Positions 56,430 through 63,988 of a DNA stretch of 64,000 nt are shown here, piece by piece. Position numbers and translations under genes: made by a program. Source of the stretch: Clostridia bacterium (GTDB lineage: Bacteria > Bacillota > Clostridia > Christensenellales > UBA1242); NCBI GenBank assembly GCA_017467625.1, contig JAFUSN010000004.1, positions 146,259 to 210,258 on the forward strand, in the 5' to 3' direction. Position 1 is the stretch's first letter. Each line of letters opens with the position of its first letter. A model generated the notes under the pieces. That model was not told the DNA's origin. It searched no databases and was given only the letters and a program-made list of their open reading frames with translations.

Positions 56430-56800
56430 AATATTTAGATGATGTTAGAGTCTTAAATGACAATTACAAAGATGAAGGCATAACAAAAGACATGGTAGGA
56501 ACAATTATTGAACCAGATATAAGGTGGAATAGTTTTTTTGTTGTTTTTCAAGATCAACGCGCTTATGATAAAAAATTTATAAGTACAGAGGGCAATATTT
56601 ACAAATTAAATGATGATATTTGTACTGGAATAAAAATAAAAGATTTAGAATTAGTTAAAGATAATAATTGTACAGACTTATTAATATTGAATGACTTACC
56701 AGAAAATCACAAAGATTGGTGGTGTAAGGTTGAAGATGGGTTTATTTTAAACTTAAAAGGTGAAAGAAAAAATAAAATCCCATATGATTATGACAGTTAA
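56426..56800 (+). CDS. DUF4926-like (SH3-like) putative immunity/antitoxin protein
   Basis: KYLDDVRVLNDNYKDEGITKDMVGTIIEPD...FFVVFQD matches the pattern I recall for DUF4926. A TTG start at 56426 has an AGGAGG RBS 9 nt upstream and a TTGA overlap with the preceding stop. The ORF-track ATG at 56396 is the alternative. Confidence 0.5.
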   Translation: MKYLDDVRVLNDNYKDEGITKDMVGTIIEPDIRWNSFFVVFQDQRAYDKKFISTEGNIYKLNDDICTGIKIKDLELVKDNNCTDLLILNDLPENHKDWWCKVEDGFILNLKGERKNKIPYDYDS

Positions 56801-56812
56801 ATGGTGACAAGA

Positions 56813-56990
56813 ATGAAAAAATTAGATTTAGTAAAGTTAAAAAATGATAAGCCTTATTAAAATTAAAGAATATGATATGGTGGAATTGCTTGTTGAATAA
56901 GATAGATACGCCAAGTTTGGGATACATAAAGGCGATAGAGGTTGTGTTATGGATAATAATGCAGTCCAAAATTATATTGTTGATTTTTTT
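56813..56990 (+). pseudogene. Decayed second immunity-like gene (frameshift plus in-frame TAA)
   Basis: MKKLDLVKLKNDKPY* then, in the +1 frame, IKIKEYDMVELLVE*DRYAKFGIHKGDRGCVMDNNAVQNYIVDFF. It has the same architecture as the neighbouring DUF4926-like gene but is broken twice. Confidence 0.4.
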
Positions 56991-56994
56991 ATGC

Positions 56995-57080
56995 TGGAGC
57001 TATATGTGCGGGAATAAGGTCTTCGACCTTTGTCTCCGCTTACGCTTCGCCGAGCGAACCAGTCCGATTCAAAAACCCCG
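56995..57080 (-). repeat. Degenerate copy of the 3' half of tRNA-Thr (integration/att footprint or tRNA pseudogene)
   Basis: Plus strand TGGAGCTA-tatgt-GCGGGAAT (56995-57015) compared with TGGAGCTA-ctg-GCGGGAAT at the tRNA 3' end (57147-57165). Similarity continues through a GGTCG variable-loop block. The segment is locally GC-rich and non-coding. Confidence 0.45.
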
Positions 57081-57112
57081 TTTCTAAAAGCTGACGATTT
57101 TCCGCCTTAACC

Positions 57113-57138
57113 ATAAAAAAAAGAAGACTTCCGTCTTC
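57113..57138 (-). terminator. Rho-independent terminator of tRNA-Thr
   Basis: On the minus strand: gaagac-ggaa-gtcttc followed by T8. Confidence 0.7.
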
Positions 57139-57146
57139 CCTTTTTA

Positions 57147-57221
57147 TGGAGCTACTGGCGGGAATCGGACCCGCGACCGCCGCATTACCAATGCGGTGCT
57201 CTACCACTGAGCCACAGTAGC
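57147..57221 (-). tRNA. tRNA-Thr (GGT)
   Basis: The reverse complement folds as acceptor GCTACTG/CAGTAGC, D arm GCTC-AGTGGTA-GAGC, anticodon stem CCGCA/TGCGG with loop TTGGTAA, T arm GCGGG-TCCGATT-CCCGC, encoded CCA. Confidence 0.9.
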
Positions 57222-57242
57222 ACTATTTTTGTAAACGTTGTA

Positions 57243-57272
57243 ATTATAAAACAAAAGAACAGACATTGTCAA
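57243..57272 (-). promoter_or_regulatory. Promoter of tRNA-Thr
   Basis: On the minus strand: TTGACA (57272-57267), 18-nt spacer, TATAAT (57248-57243). Confidence 0.55.
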
Positions 57273-57309
57273 TAATTTTAATAAAAGTTATTGAGCGTCT
57301 GTTTTTTTA

Positions 57310-58293
57310 TTACTGAAATGTTTTCATATATTCAAGAAGTTCTTGTTCAAGAGATTCAAGCCTTGAAATTTCGTCATTCGTTGTGGCTTTTGCTCTTGCT
57401 GATTCAATGCGCGCCTTGAGGGATTGAGCACAATCAAATTTATTAATTTTTCTTTCATATTCAACAGCTTGTTTTGGTGTAACAATAAAATCTGTTTGCG
57501 TTAAATTTTGAGTTGGAAAATCCATTAAGTTTAAAATGTTAATTTGTTCAGCAGAAAGTTTATTATTTATTGTTCTGTAAATAGGAACTGGCTCTAATTT
57601 TGATGTTGCGCCTCTCTTTAAAATTTCAATTATGTCGCAAGCTCCAGTTTTGTACATATAGTCAATTGTTTCAGGGAGCCCATTATAAGCCAAGTCATGA
57701 TTTTCTGGGGGAACCCATCTGCAACTTCCAGTTTGCGCAAGTTCCAATTGACATCTTTCAATCATTGACATTTTGCTTTCAAAATCAGATACAGCGAGCG
57801 CTCTAACAATAACAATGTATCCAGCCTTTTTTAATTTTGCGATTGCGTTGTCAACAATAAAATTGTTTTTAAGTGTTTGATGCAAAATGATGTTATATTT
57901 TCCCTCAATCATTTTATCAATCATTCTTGGTGTTGCAGCAAATGATAACTGGTCTGTTAAATCCGTAAAAAGCTCAGGATAGTTTTCATTTATTTCTGCA
58001 ACAGCTGGGTGAGAATGCCTGTAAATATCATTATCAATAATTGCAGTATTTTCATTTAAATAGGAAATTGAATTTCCAATTATACTTGTTTTTCCAGCCC
58101 CAGGCTGTCCACCTGCAACAATTGCAATTGGGTGTTTTTGTGGTGAAATTGAACAAATTTGTGATTGGAAAATATTTTCTAAAACTTTTTCAAATTCTTC
58201 ACCTTTAATATTATAATCGTCAATTGTTTTTCCGTATTTTTTTAGTCTTTCGTTTATTTCATTTTGCCTTTTACTCATATTAGCATTAGCCAT
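57310..58293 (-). CDS. Zeta-toxin-family P-loop kinase (paralog 1)
   Basis: Walker A GGQPGAGKT. IIDNDIYRHSHP (compare the zeta/PezT IDxDxFR..HP pattern). TDQLSFAATP. HQTLK. Start at MANANMSK (58293) with an AAGGAG RBS, rather than 58356. Confidence 0.8.
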   Translation of the reverse strand: MANANMSKRQNEINERLKKYGKTIDDYNIKGEEFEKVLENIFQSQICSISPQKHPIAIVAGGQPGAGKTSIIGNSISYLNENTAIIDNDIYRHSHPAVAEINENYPELFTDLTDQLSFAATPRMIDKMIEGKYNIILHQTLKNNFIVDNAIAKLKKAGYIVIVRALAVSDFESKMSMIERCQLELAQTGSCRWVPPENHDLAYNGLPETIDYMYKTGACDIIEILKRGATSKLEPVPIYRTINNKLSAEQINILNLMDFPTQNLTQTDFIVTPKQAVEYERKINKFDCAQSLKARIESARAKATTNDEISRLESLEQELLEYMKTFQ

Positions 58294-58501
58294 TATTTCT
58301 CCTTCGTAGCATTGGTAAATATTCATCAATAGCTTTATCAATTGTGTTTTTATCATTGCGCAAAATCAAGTTTCTTTCTAATGTAAGCATTTTAACAAAT
58401 TCTTTATCTGTCACTTCATTTGAATTTGCAAATATCATTAAAAGTTCATTAACGGTGTCAAATGCCAAATCCTTTTTCATTTCGTCATTCATAAGCTCCA
58501 C
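58286..58501 (-). CDS. Small acidic helical protein, putative cognate antitoxin (epsilon-like position)
   Basis: 71 aa. It overlaps the zeta paralog 1 start by 8 nt. The start is ambiguous: GTG at 58501 or ATG at 58492. It is a weak paralog of ORF 59457-59678 (..IDKAIDEY.. against ..VIDELLEEY..). Confidence 0.55.
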   Translation of the reverse strand: MELMNDEMKKDLAFDTVNELLMIFANSNEVTDKEFVKMLTLERNLILRNDKNTIDKAIDEYLPMLRRRNNG

Positions 58502-59464
58502 CTATTTTTTTGCACGAATTTCTTTAACTGTTTGTCTCAAAATTTTAATTCTGTCTTTTGCTTCGCTTGGTTCATGCCCACAAATCAAAAAGTCGTCAAA
58601 AGCAGCATCAATCAAACGATCATCAATTTTTTTAAGAGTTTCATCTTCGCTTAAAATTCTTCCATTTTTAATTGCGTCCACAGAGTTTTTATAAGTGTTC
58701 TCAATATTTGTTTTAAAATATTTTTCAATTAGTTCGTTTTCTTGCGCAGTATTTTTTTCATTGAGTTTGCAATAAATAATTCTTGGCGATGTTGGGTTTG
58801 TTTTTCCACGCATTACAACTTGAATGAAGTTGTAGTTTTTAATATCATTTTCAATGTATGAAAGGGTATCGGGGATTGAATTAAAAGCTTTGTCGTGATT
58901 AATTGGGTCAACCCATCTGCAAGTTCTGTCAATTTTAAGTTGAACCAAGCATCTTTCCATCATTGAAAGGTAACTTTCAACACTTGCTACGGCAAGTGCC
59001 ATAACTCCAACGGTGTAACCATTGTCTCTAAGTTTTTGCATTGCGTCATCTGCAATTCTTTTGCTTTTCAATGTTTGGTGAATAACAAGGTTATATTTTC
59101 CCTTAATCATTCTATCAATAATGATTGGGGTTGCATAAAAACTTAATTGATCAGTGCAATCTGTCATAAGTTCCGCATATTTTGAATTTATTTCTTTAAT
59201 TTTAGGATGAAATTCACGATATGTATCATTATCAATAATAATATTGTCATCTTTCAAACACTTTTGAGCATATCCAATAATTCCAGTTTTTCCACCACCT
59301 GATTGTCCACCAACGACAACAGCGATTGGATGCTCATGTGATTGAACTCCAAGTGTTAAACAATCACAAATAAGGTCAATTGTTTTATCAAGTTCTTCTT
59401 GGCTGAGTTCATATTTTTTTGCAATTTCTTGAATTTCTTCTGATGAATATTTATCGTTAACCAA
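58502..59464 (-). CDS. Zeta-toxin-family P-loop kinase (paralog 2)
   Basis: Walker A GGQSGGGKT. IIDNDTYREFHP. TDQLSFYATP. HQTLK. CRWVDPINHD. Collinear similarity to paralog 1 throughout the core. Confidence 0.8.
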   Translation of the reverse strand: MVNDKYSSEEIQEIAKKYELSQEELDKTIDLICDCLTLGVQSHEHPIAVVVGGQSGGGKTGIIGYAQKCLKDDNIIIDNDTYREFHPKIKEINSKYAELMTDCTDQLSFYATPIIIDRMIKGKYNLVIHQTLKSKRIADDAMQKLRDNGYTVGVMALAVASVESYLSMMERCLVQLKIDRTCRWVDPINHDKAFNSIPDTLSYIENDIKNYNFIQVVMRGKTNPTSPRIIYCKLNEKNTAQENELIEKYFKTNIENTYKNSVDAIKNGRILSEDETLKKIDDRLIDAAFDDFLICGHEPSEAKDRIKILRQTVKEIRAKK

Positions 59465-59678
59465 TTGCGTTCCCCCTTGAATTTTCGTATTCTTCTAAAA
59501 GTTCATCAATAACTTTTTTGTTAAAGTGATAAACTTGTTTGCGCATTTCTAAAATACGCAAAACTTTTTCATTGTTAATGTTTTTACTTTGAACACATGC
59601 TTCGCCAAGCATTTTCTCAACTATGGCTTTTGCAAGTTCAATTTTTGTGTTATTTTCCATAAAATTGCTACTTCCCAT
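59457..59678 (-). CDS. Small helical protein, putative cognate antitoxin of zeta paralog 2
   Basis: 73 aa, with an 8-nt overlap onto the downstream zeta gene. Confidence 0.55.
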   Translation of the reverse strand: MGSSNFMENNTKIELAKAIVEKMLGEACVQSKNINNEKVLRILEMRKQVYHFNKKVIDELLEEYENSRGNAIG

Positions 59679-59872
59679 TTAATTTTACAGTGAAAATTAT
59701 AGCATTTTAAAATTATTTTAGTCAATGAAGAAATTTACAAAATTTCACACTAATTTTTTATAATAAATATTACTTATTTTTATATCAGCAAACATAATAA
59801 AACAAAATAATTTCATTTTGAAAATATCTGAGTTTATGATACAATAAAAATAGATTTTTAAAGGAGAATTTT

Positions 59873-60412
59873 ATGGAAAATAAATATAAAGGAACACAAA
59901 CCGAAAAAAACTTACAGGCAGCATTTGCTGGTGAATCACAAGCAAGAAATAAATACACTTATTTTGCTTCAGTTGCAAAGAAAGAAGGGTATGAACAAAT
60001 TGCAGAAATCTTTTTGAAAACAGCTGAAAATGAAAAAGAGCATGCAAAAATGTGGTTCAAAGAGCTCGCTGGAATTGGAACAACAGCTGAAAATTTGGCA
60101 GCTGCAGCTGATGGTGAAAACTATGAATGGACTGATATGTATGAAGAATTTGCAAAAACTGCTGAAGCAGAAGGTTTTTCAGCTCTTGCATTTAAATTTA
60201 GAGCAGTTGGGGCAATTGAAAAAACGCATGAAGAAAGATATAGAGCCCTTTTAAAAAATGTTGAAACAAAGGAAGTTTTTGAAAAGGGAACTGTTAAAGT
60301 TTGGGAATGCAGAAATTGCGGACATATTGTTGTTGGAACAAAAGCTCCAGAAGTTTGTCCAGTTTGTGCACATCCACAAAGCTATTTTGAAGTTAGACAG
60401 GAAAATTATTAA
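59873..60412 (+). CDS. rbr: Rubrerythrin
   Basis: Ferritin-like EKEHAKMW / EKTHEERY di-iron motifs plus the C-terminal rubredoxin CRNCG...CPVC. Confidence 0.9.
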   Translation: MENKYKGTQTEKNLQAAFAGESQARNKYTYFASVAKKEGYEQIAEIFLKTAENEKEHAKMWFKELAGIGTTAENLAAAADGENYEWTDMYEEFAKTAEAEGFSALAFKFRAVGAIEKTHEERYRALLKNVETKEVFEKGTVKVWECRNCGHIVVGTKAPEVCPVCAHPQSYFEVRQENY

Positions 60413-60416
60413 TACC

Positions 60417-61127
60417 ATGGCAAGTAAAAACTATAGAGCAGAAGTTGTTCTTTACAATGGATATTTTGATTGTAATGACAAGTTAAAACCATCTGCAATT
60501 TTTATGCTGTTTCAAGACATTGCAAGTATTCATGGTGAAGAAATGGGCGTCGGTTTTGAAGCAATGGTGAAAAGTGGTTATTATTGGGTTGTAACGCGAG
60601 TTAAGTATGATGTTTTAATTCAACCTCAAGTTTATGAAAAGGTTATAATTGAAACTTGGCCACACGCTCCAGGAAGAGTTGATTTTGACAGAGATTTTTT
60701 AATTACAAACACAAGTGGAGAAGTGTTAATTAAAGGCACGAGCAAATGGTGTATAATTAGCACTGAAACAAGAAAACTTGTTCCAATTTCAAATATAAAT
60801 TATTTAACTGAATTTGATTCAAAAATAAATTATGAAGAAAGATTTTTAAGAACCCCTTCCGTTGAAAATTTTGGAACGCCGGTTTTCACTCATAAAGTTA
60901 CCTACAATGAAATTGATCATAACAAGCATTTAAACAACACTCACTATGCCGATTATGTTTTCAATGCTGTATGTGGAAAACTTTCGTCACATGTTGAAAT
61001 AAGTTTCATTGCAGAGTGTAAACTTGGTGATGAAATTGAAGTTTTTAAAATGAAAAACGAAAGCGGTGAAACGCTTATTTCAGGATATGTGAATGGCGAA
61101 ATTAAGTTTAGCGCAATGGTTAAATAA
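60417..61127 (+). CDS. Acyl-[acyl-carrier-protein] thioesterase
   Basis: Double hot-dog pattern (YWVVTRVKYDV...; IDHNKHLNNTHYADY). I prefer the start at MASKNYRAE (60417). The ORF-track start at 60258 overlaps rbr. Confidence 0.7.
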   Translation: MASKNYRAEVVLYNGYFDCNDKLKPSAIFMLFQDIASIHGEEMGVGFEAMVKSGYYWVVTRVKYDVLIQPQVYEKVIIETWPHAPGRVDFDRDFLITNTSGEVLIKGTSKWCIISTETRKLVPISNINYLTEFDSKINYEERFLRTPSVENFGTPVFTHKVTYNEIDHNKHLNNTHYADYVFNAVCGKLSSHVEISFIAECKLGDEIEVFKMKNESGETLISGYVNGEIKFSAMVK

Positions 61128-61195
61128 ATCTATTAAAAATGTATAATTATTTTTAAATTTAGCATAAATTTACAGTTTAAGACTAAAACAATAAT

Positions 61196-61226
61196 AAAAA
61201 GAACTTGGAATTTCCAAGTTCTTTTT
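61196..61226. terminator. Bidirectional terminator
   Basis: gaacttgga-att-tccaagttc with flanking A-run and T-run. Confidence 0.75.
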
Positions 61227-61228
61227 GT

Positions 61229-61720
61229 TTAACAAATTGTTGTAATTTTATTTTCTTTTAAAGATTTTTGAACATCAATAACTCGTTGATTTGATGAACC
61301 ACGCCATTGAAGTGTGAAATCATGAAGCTCATCAACATATTGTCCGTCAACTAAAACATCAATATATTTAAGGGCTTCTTTATCTTTTAAATCTCTGTCA
61401 AAAAGAAATCCACTCCAAACCCAAACATTTTTGTTTGGATATTTTTCTTTAAAAGCCTTTGCAAGCATTGTTGTTGCTTCAATATTTTTTGGGTGCATTG
61501 GTTCGCCACCCAAAATTGATAAACCTGCGATTGTTTCATCTTCGCAAAGTGACAAAACTTTTTCAACGGTTTCTTTAGTAAATTCTTTTCCGCCTTCAAA
61601 ATCCCAAGTTTCAGGGTTAAAGCAGTTTTTGCAATGAAATGCACAGCCTTGAAGGAAAACAGAAACTCTAATTCCAGGACCGTTTGCAATATCCATTTTG
61701 CGAATCAAATTATATCTCAT
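61229..61720 (-). CDS. nrdG: Anaerobic ribonucleoside-triphosphate reductase activating protein (radical SAM)
   Basis: GPGIRVSVFLQGCAFHCKNCFNPETW cluster motif. TAATG overlap with nrdD. Confidence 0.9.
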   Translation of the reverse strand: MRYNLIRKMDIANGPGIRVSVFLQGCAFHCKNCFNPETWDFEGGKEFTKETVEKVLSLCEDETIAGLSILGGEPMHPKNIEATTMLAKAFKEKYPNKNVWVWSGFLFDRDLKDKEALKYIDVLVDGQYVDELHDFTLQWRGSSNQRVIDVQKSLKENKITTIC

Positions 61721-63906
61721 TAGTCACAAACCTTGTTATCAACATGCAAAACTCTTTCTTTTATTTCTTGAGTTCTGCCTTTATTCCAGAAGTTTGAACC
61801 AATGTAACCGCAAGTTCTTCTTGCAACATTAAGCAAATTGTGATCTCTGTTGCCACAATTTGGACAATACCATTCAAATTTATCATCAATCAAAATTTCG
61901 CCGGTATAACCACATTTTTGACAGTAATCTGACTTCGTGTTAAGTTCAGCGTACATAATGTTGTCATAAATAAATTTAATAATTTCCAAAACAGCATCAA
62001 GGTTGTTTTGAAGATTTGGTGTTTCAACATATGAAATTGCACCACCAGGTGAAAGTCTTTGGAATTCGCTTTCAAGTTTGAGTTTTGAAAAGGCATCAAT
62101 TTCTTCAAAAACAGGAATGTGATATGAGTTTGTGATGTAGTTTCTATCAGTAATTCCTTTAACAATTCCAAATCTATTTTTCAAACATTTAGCAAATTTA
62201 TAAGTTGTTGATTCAATTGGAGTTCCATAAACAGAGTAATCAACGTCTTCATCAGCCTTCCATTTTGCACAAGCATCATTAAGTGCTTGCATAACTTTAA
62301 GGCCAAATTCTTTTCCAACGCCACCATCAGTGTGTGAATTTCCCGTCATATATTTAACGCATTCATAAAGTCCTGCATAACCAAGTGAAATTGTCGAATA
62401 ACCATGTTTCATAAGTTCACTAATTGATTCGCCTGGTTTAAGCCTTGCAAGTGCGCCATCTTGCCAAAGAACAGGTGCAACATCACTTGTAACGCCGCAA
62501 AGACGTTTGTGTCTAATTTGAAGTGCTCTGTGGCAAAGTTCAAGTCGCTCATTCATGATTTTCCAGAACTTATCCATGTTTCCGCCTGATGAAAGGGCAA
62601 CATCTGGAAGGTTGAGTGTTACAACACCTTGGTTAAATCTTCCGTAATATTTTCCTTTTCCATCAACATAGTCTTTTGCGTTTGCAATGTTTCCTTTAAC
62701 TCTGTCTGGGGTTAAGAATGAACGGCAACCCATGCATGGGTAGCAATCTCCATGGCCATATTGATTAATTTTAAATTCCCTCATTTTCTTTTCAGAAATA
62801 TAGTCAGGAACCATTCGTTTAGCAGTGCATTCTGCAGCGAGTTTGGTTAAATACCAATATTTTGAGCCTTCTTTAATATTATCTTCTTCAAGAACATACA
62901 GAAGTTTTGGGAATGCTGGTGTAATATAAACGCCCTTTTTATTTTTGAAACCAAGAATTCTTTGTTTCAAAAACTCCTCAATAATCATTGCAAGTTCTTC
63001 TTTATATTCTTCTGTTTCACCTAAATACATGTTAACTGACAAAAATGGAGCTTGACCATTTGTGTTTGTCATTGAGTTAACTTGATAGTTAAATGTTTGA
63101 ACACCATCTTCAACTTCTTTTCTTGTATCTTGCTTTGCAAATGATTCACAATCTTCTTTTGAAAGCCCGCGTTCTTTATATTTTGCGTAATATTTGTCAT
63201 AACTTGCTCTAACAAATGGAGCGAGGTGAGTGAGTGAAACGGTTGCTCCACCATAGCTTGATGATGAAACGGCCAAAATAATTTGTGTTGCAATTGTTGC
63301 AGCAGTAATAAACCTGTGTGGTTTTTCAATCATAACACCGTTGATAATTGTTCCATTTTGAAGCATGTCATTCAAGTTAATAAGTTCACAATTATGAAGT
63401 GCATTTTGAGCGAAATAGTCAGCATCATGGAAGTGAATAATTCCTTCTTCATGAGCTTTAACAATTTCTTCAGGAAGCAAAATTCTCTTTGTGATATCAG
63501 TGCTTGTAATGCCTGCAAGATAGTCTCTTTGAGTTGTAACAACCATTGCATTTTTGTTTGAGTTTTCACTGTTCCAGTATTCGCTGTTTCCCTCAACAAG
63601 TTCTTTAATGGTTTGATCGGTTGTGTTTGATTTTCTAATCAAGGCTCTGTTATATCTATAAATGATATAGCGTCTTGCAAGATTAAATTTTCCAATTTCC
63701 ATCAATTTTTCTTCAATGGTATCTTGAATGTCCTCAACCAAAATTCTTTTTTTGTTAAGACCTAAAATGTATTCAATGATATCTTGAATATCTTGTTTGC
63801 TTGCTCTTTCTGAAGGTTTAACTTCAGCATTTGCTTTTGTGATTGCAGTTTCAATTTTACTTTGATCAAAATCAACCACATCACCATTTCTTTTAATAAC
63901 TTTCAT
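61720..63906 (-). CDS. nrdD: Anaerobic ribonucleoside-triphosphate reductase (class III) with an ATP-cone
   Basis: N-terminal ATP-cone VIKRNGDVVDFDQSKI, zinc ribbon CQKCGY...CPNCG, glycyl-radical tail RTCGYIG. Start at 63906 with a GGAGGG RBS, rather than 63933. Confidence 0.92.
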   Translation of the reverse strand: MKVIKRNGDVVDFDQSKIETAITKANAEVKPSERASKQDIQDIIEYILGLNKKRILVEDIQDTIEEKLMEIGKFNLARRYIIYRYNRALIRKSNTTDQTIKELVEGNSEYWNSENSNKNAMVVTTQRDYLAGITSTDITKRILLPEEIVKAHEEGIIHFHDADYFAQNALHNCELINLNDMLQNGTIINGVMIEKPHRFITAATIATQIILAVSSSSYGGATVSLTHLAPFVRASYDKYYAKYKERGLSKEDCESFAKQDTRKEVEDGVQTFNYQVNSMTNTNGQAPFLSVNMYLGETEEYKEELAMIIEEFLKQRILGFKNKKGVYITPAFPKLLYVLEEDNIKEGSKYWYLTKLAAECTAKRMVPDYISEKKMREFKINQYGHGDCYPCMGCRSFLTPDRVKGNIANAKDYVDGKGKYYGRFNQGVVTLNLPDVALSSGGNMDKFWKIMNERLELCHRALQIRHKRLCGVTSDVAPVLWQDGALARLKPGESISELMKHGYSTISLGYAGLYECVKYMTGNSHTDGGVGKEFGLKVMQALNDACAKWKADEDVDYSVYGTPIESTTYKFAKCLKNRFGIVKGITDRNYITNSYHIPVFEEIDAFSKLKLESEFQRLSPGGAISYVETPNLQNNLDAVLEIIKFIYDNIMYAELNTKSDYCQKCGYTGEILIDDKFEWYCPNCGNRDHNLLNVARRTCGYIGSNFWNKGRTQEIKERVLHVDNKVCD

Positions 63907-63935
63907 AATTGTGCCCTCCGAAACATTCTGCACCC

Positions 63936-63965
63936 ATTTTACCTATATTTTGTGAAGGTTGTCAA
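63936..63965 (-). promoter_or_regulatory. nrdDG promoter
   Basis: On the minus strand: TTGACA (63965-63960), 18-nt spacer, TAAAAT (63941-63936). Confidence 0.55.
63940..63955. promoter_or_regulatory. Possible second NrdR box (proximal, weaker)
   Basis: The minus-strand TCACAAAATATAGGTA matches at about 11 of 16 positions. Its centre is about 33 bp from the distal box, and it overlaps the -10/spacer region. Confidence 0.35.
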
Positions 63966-63972
63966 CAAAAAA

Positions 63973-63988
63973 ACACAAGATATAGTGG
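63973..63988. promoter_or_regulatory. NrdR box (distal)
   Basis: ACACAAGATATAGTGG matches the recalled 16-bp NrdR palindrome consensus acaCwAtATaTwGtgt at 14 of 16 positions. It lies just upstream of the -35. Confidence 0.55.

Noticed and set aside
56097-56900. Possibility that the in-frame TAA codons (56097-56099 and about 56898-56900) reflect stop-codon reassignment, for example in a recoded phage
   Set aside because: TAA terminates most confidently annotated genes in the window and TGA terminates others, for example at 4220-4222. There are only two cases, both in a region with an additional frameshift. Decay is the simpler explanation.
56872-57087. 71-aa ORF (MIWWNCLLNK...)
   Set aside because: It crosses the decayed immunity-like pseudogene in a different frame and runs into the tRNA-like GC-rich repeat. 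It has no RBS.
59740-59800. PerR/Fur-like operator upstream of rubrerythrin (TAATA-aa-TATTA)
   Set aside because: It is only a 5-bp inverted repeat in extremely AT-rich DNA. It does not match the 7-1-7 TTATAATnATTATAA box well.
60258-60416. N-terminal extension of the thioesterase ORF that overlaps rubrerythrin
   Set aside because: It is an alternative frame of the rbr coding sequence. The ATG at 60417, immediately after the rbr stop, gives a normal-length acyl-ACP thioesterase.
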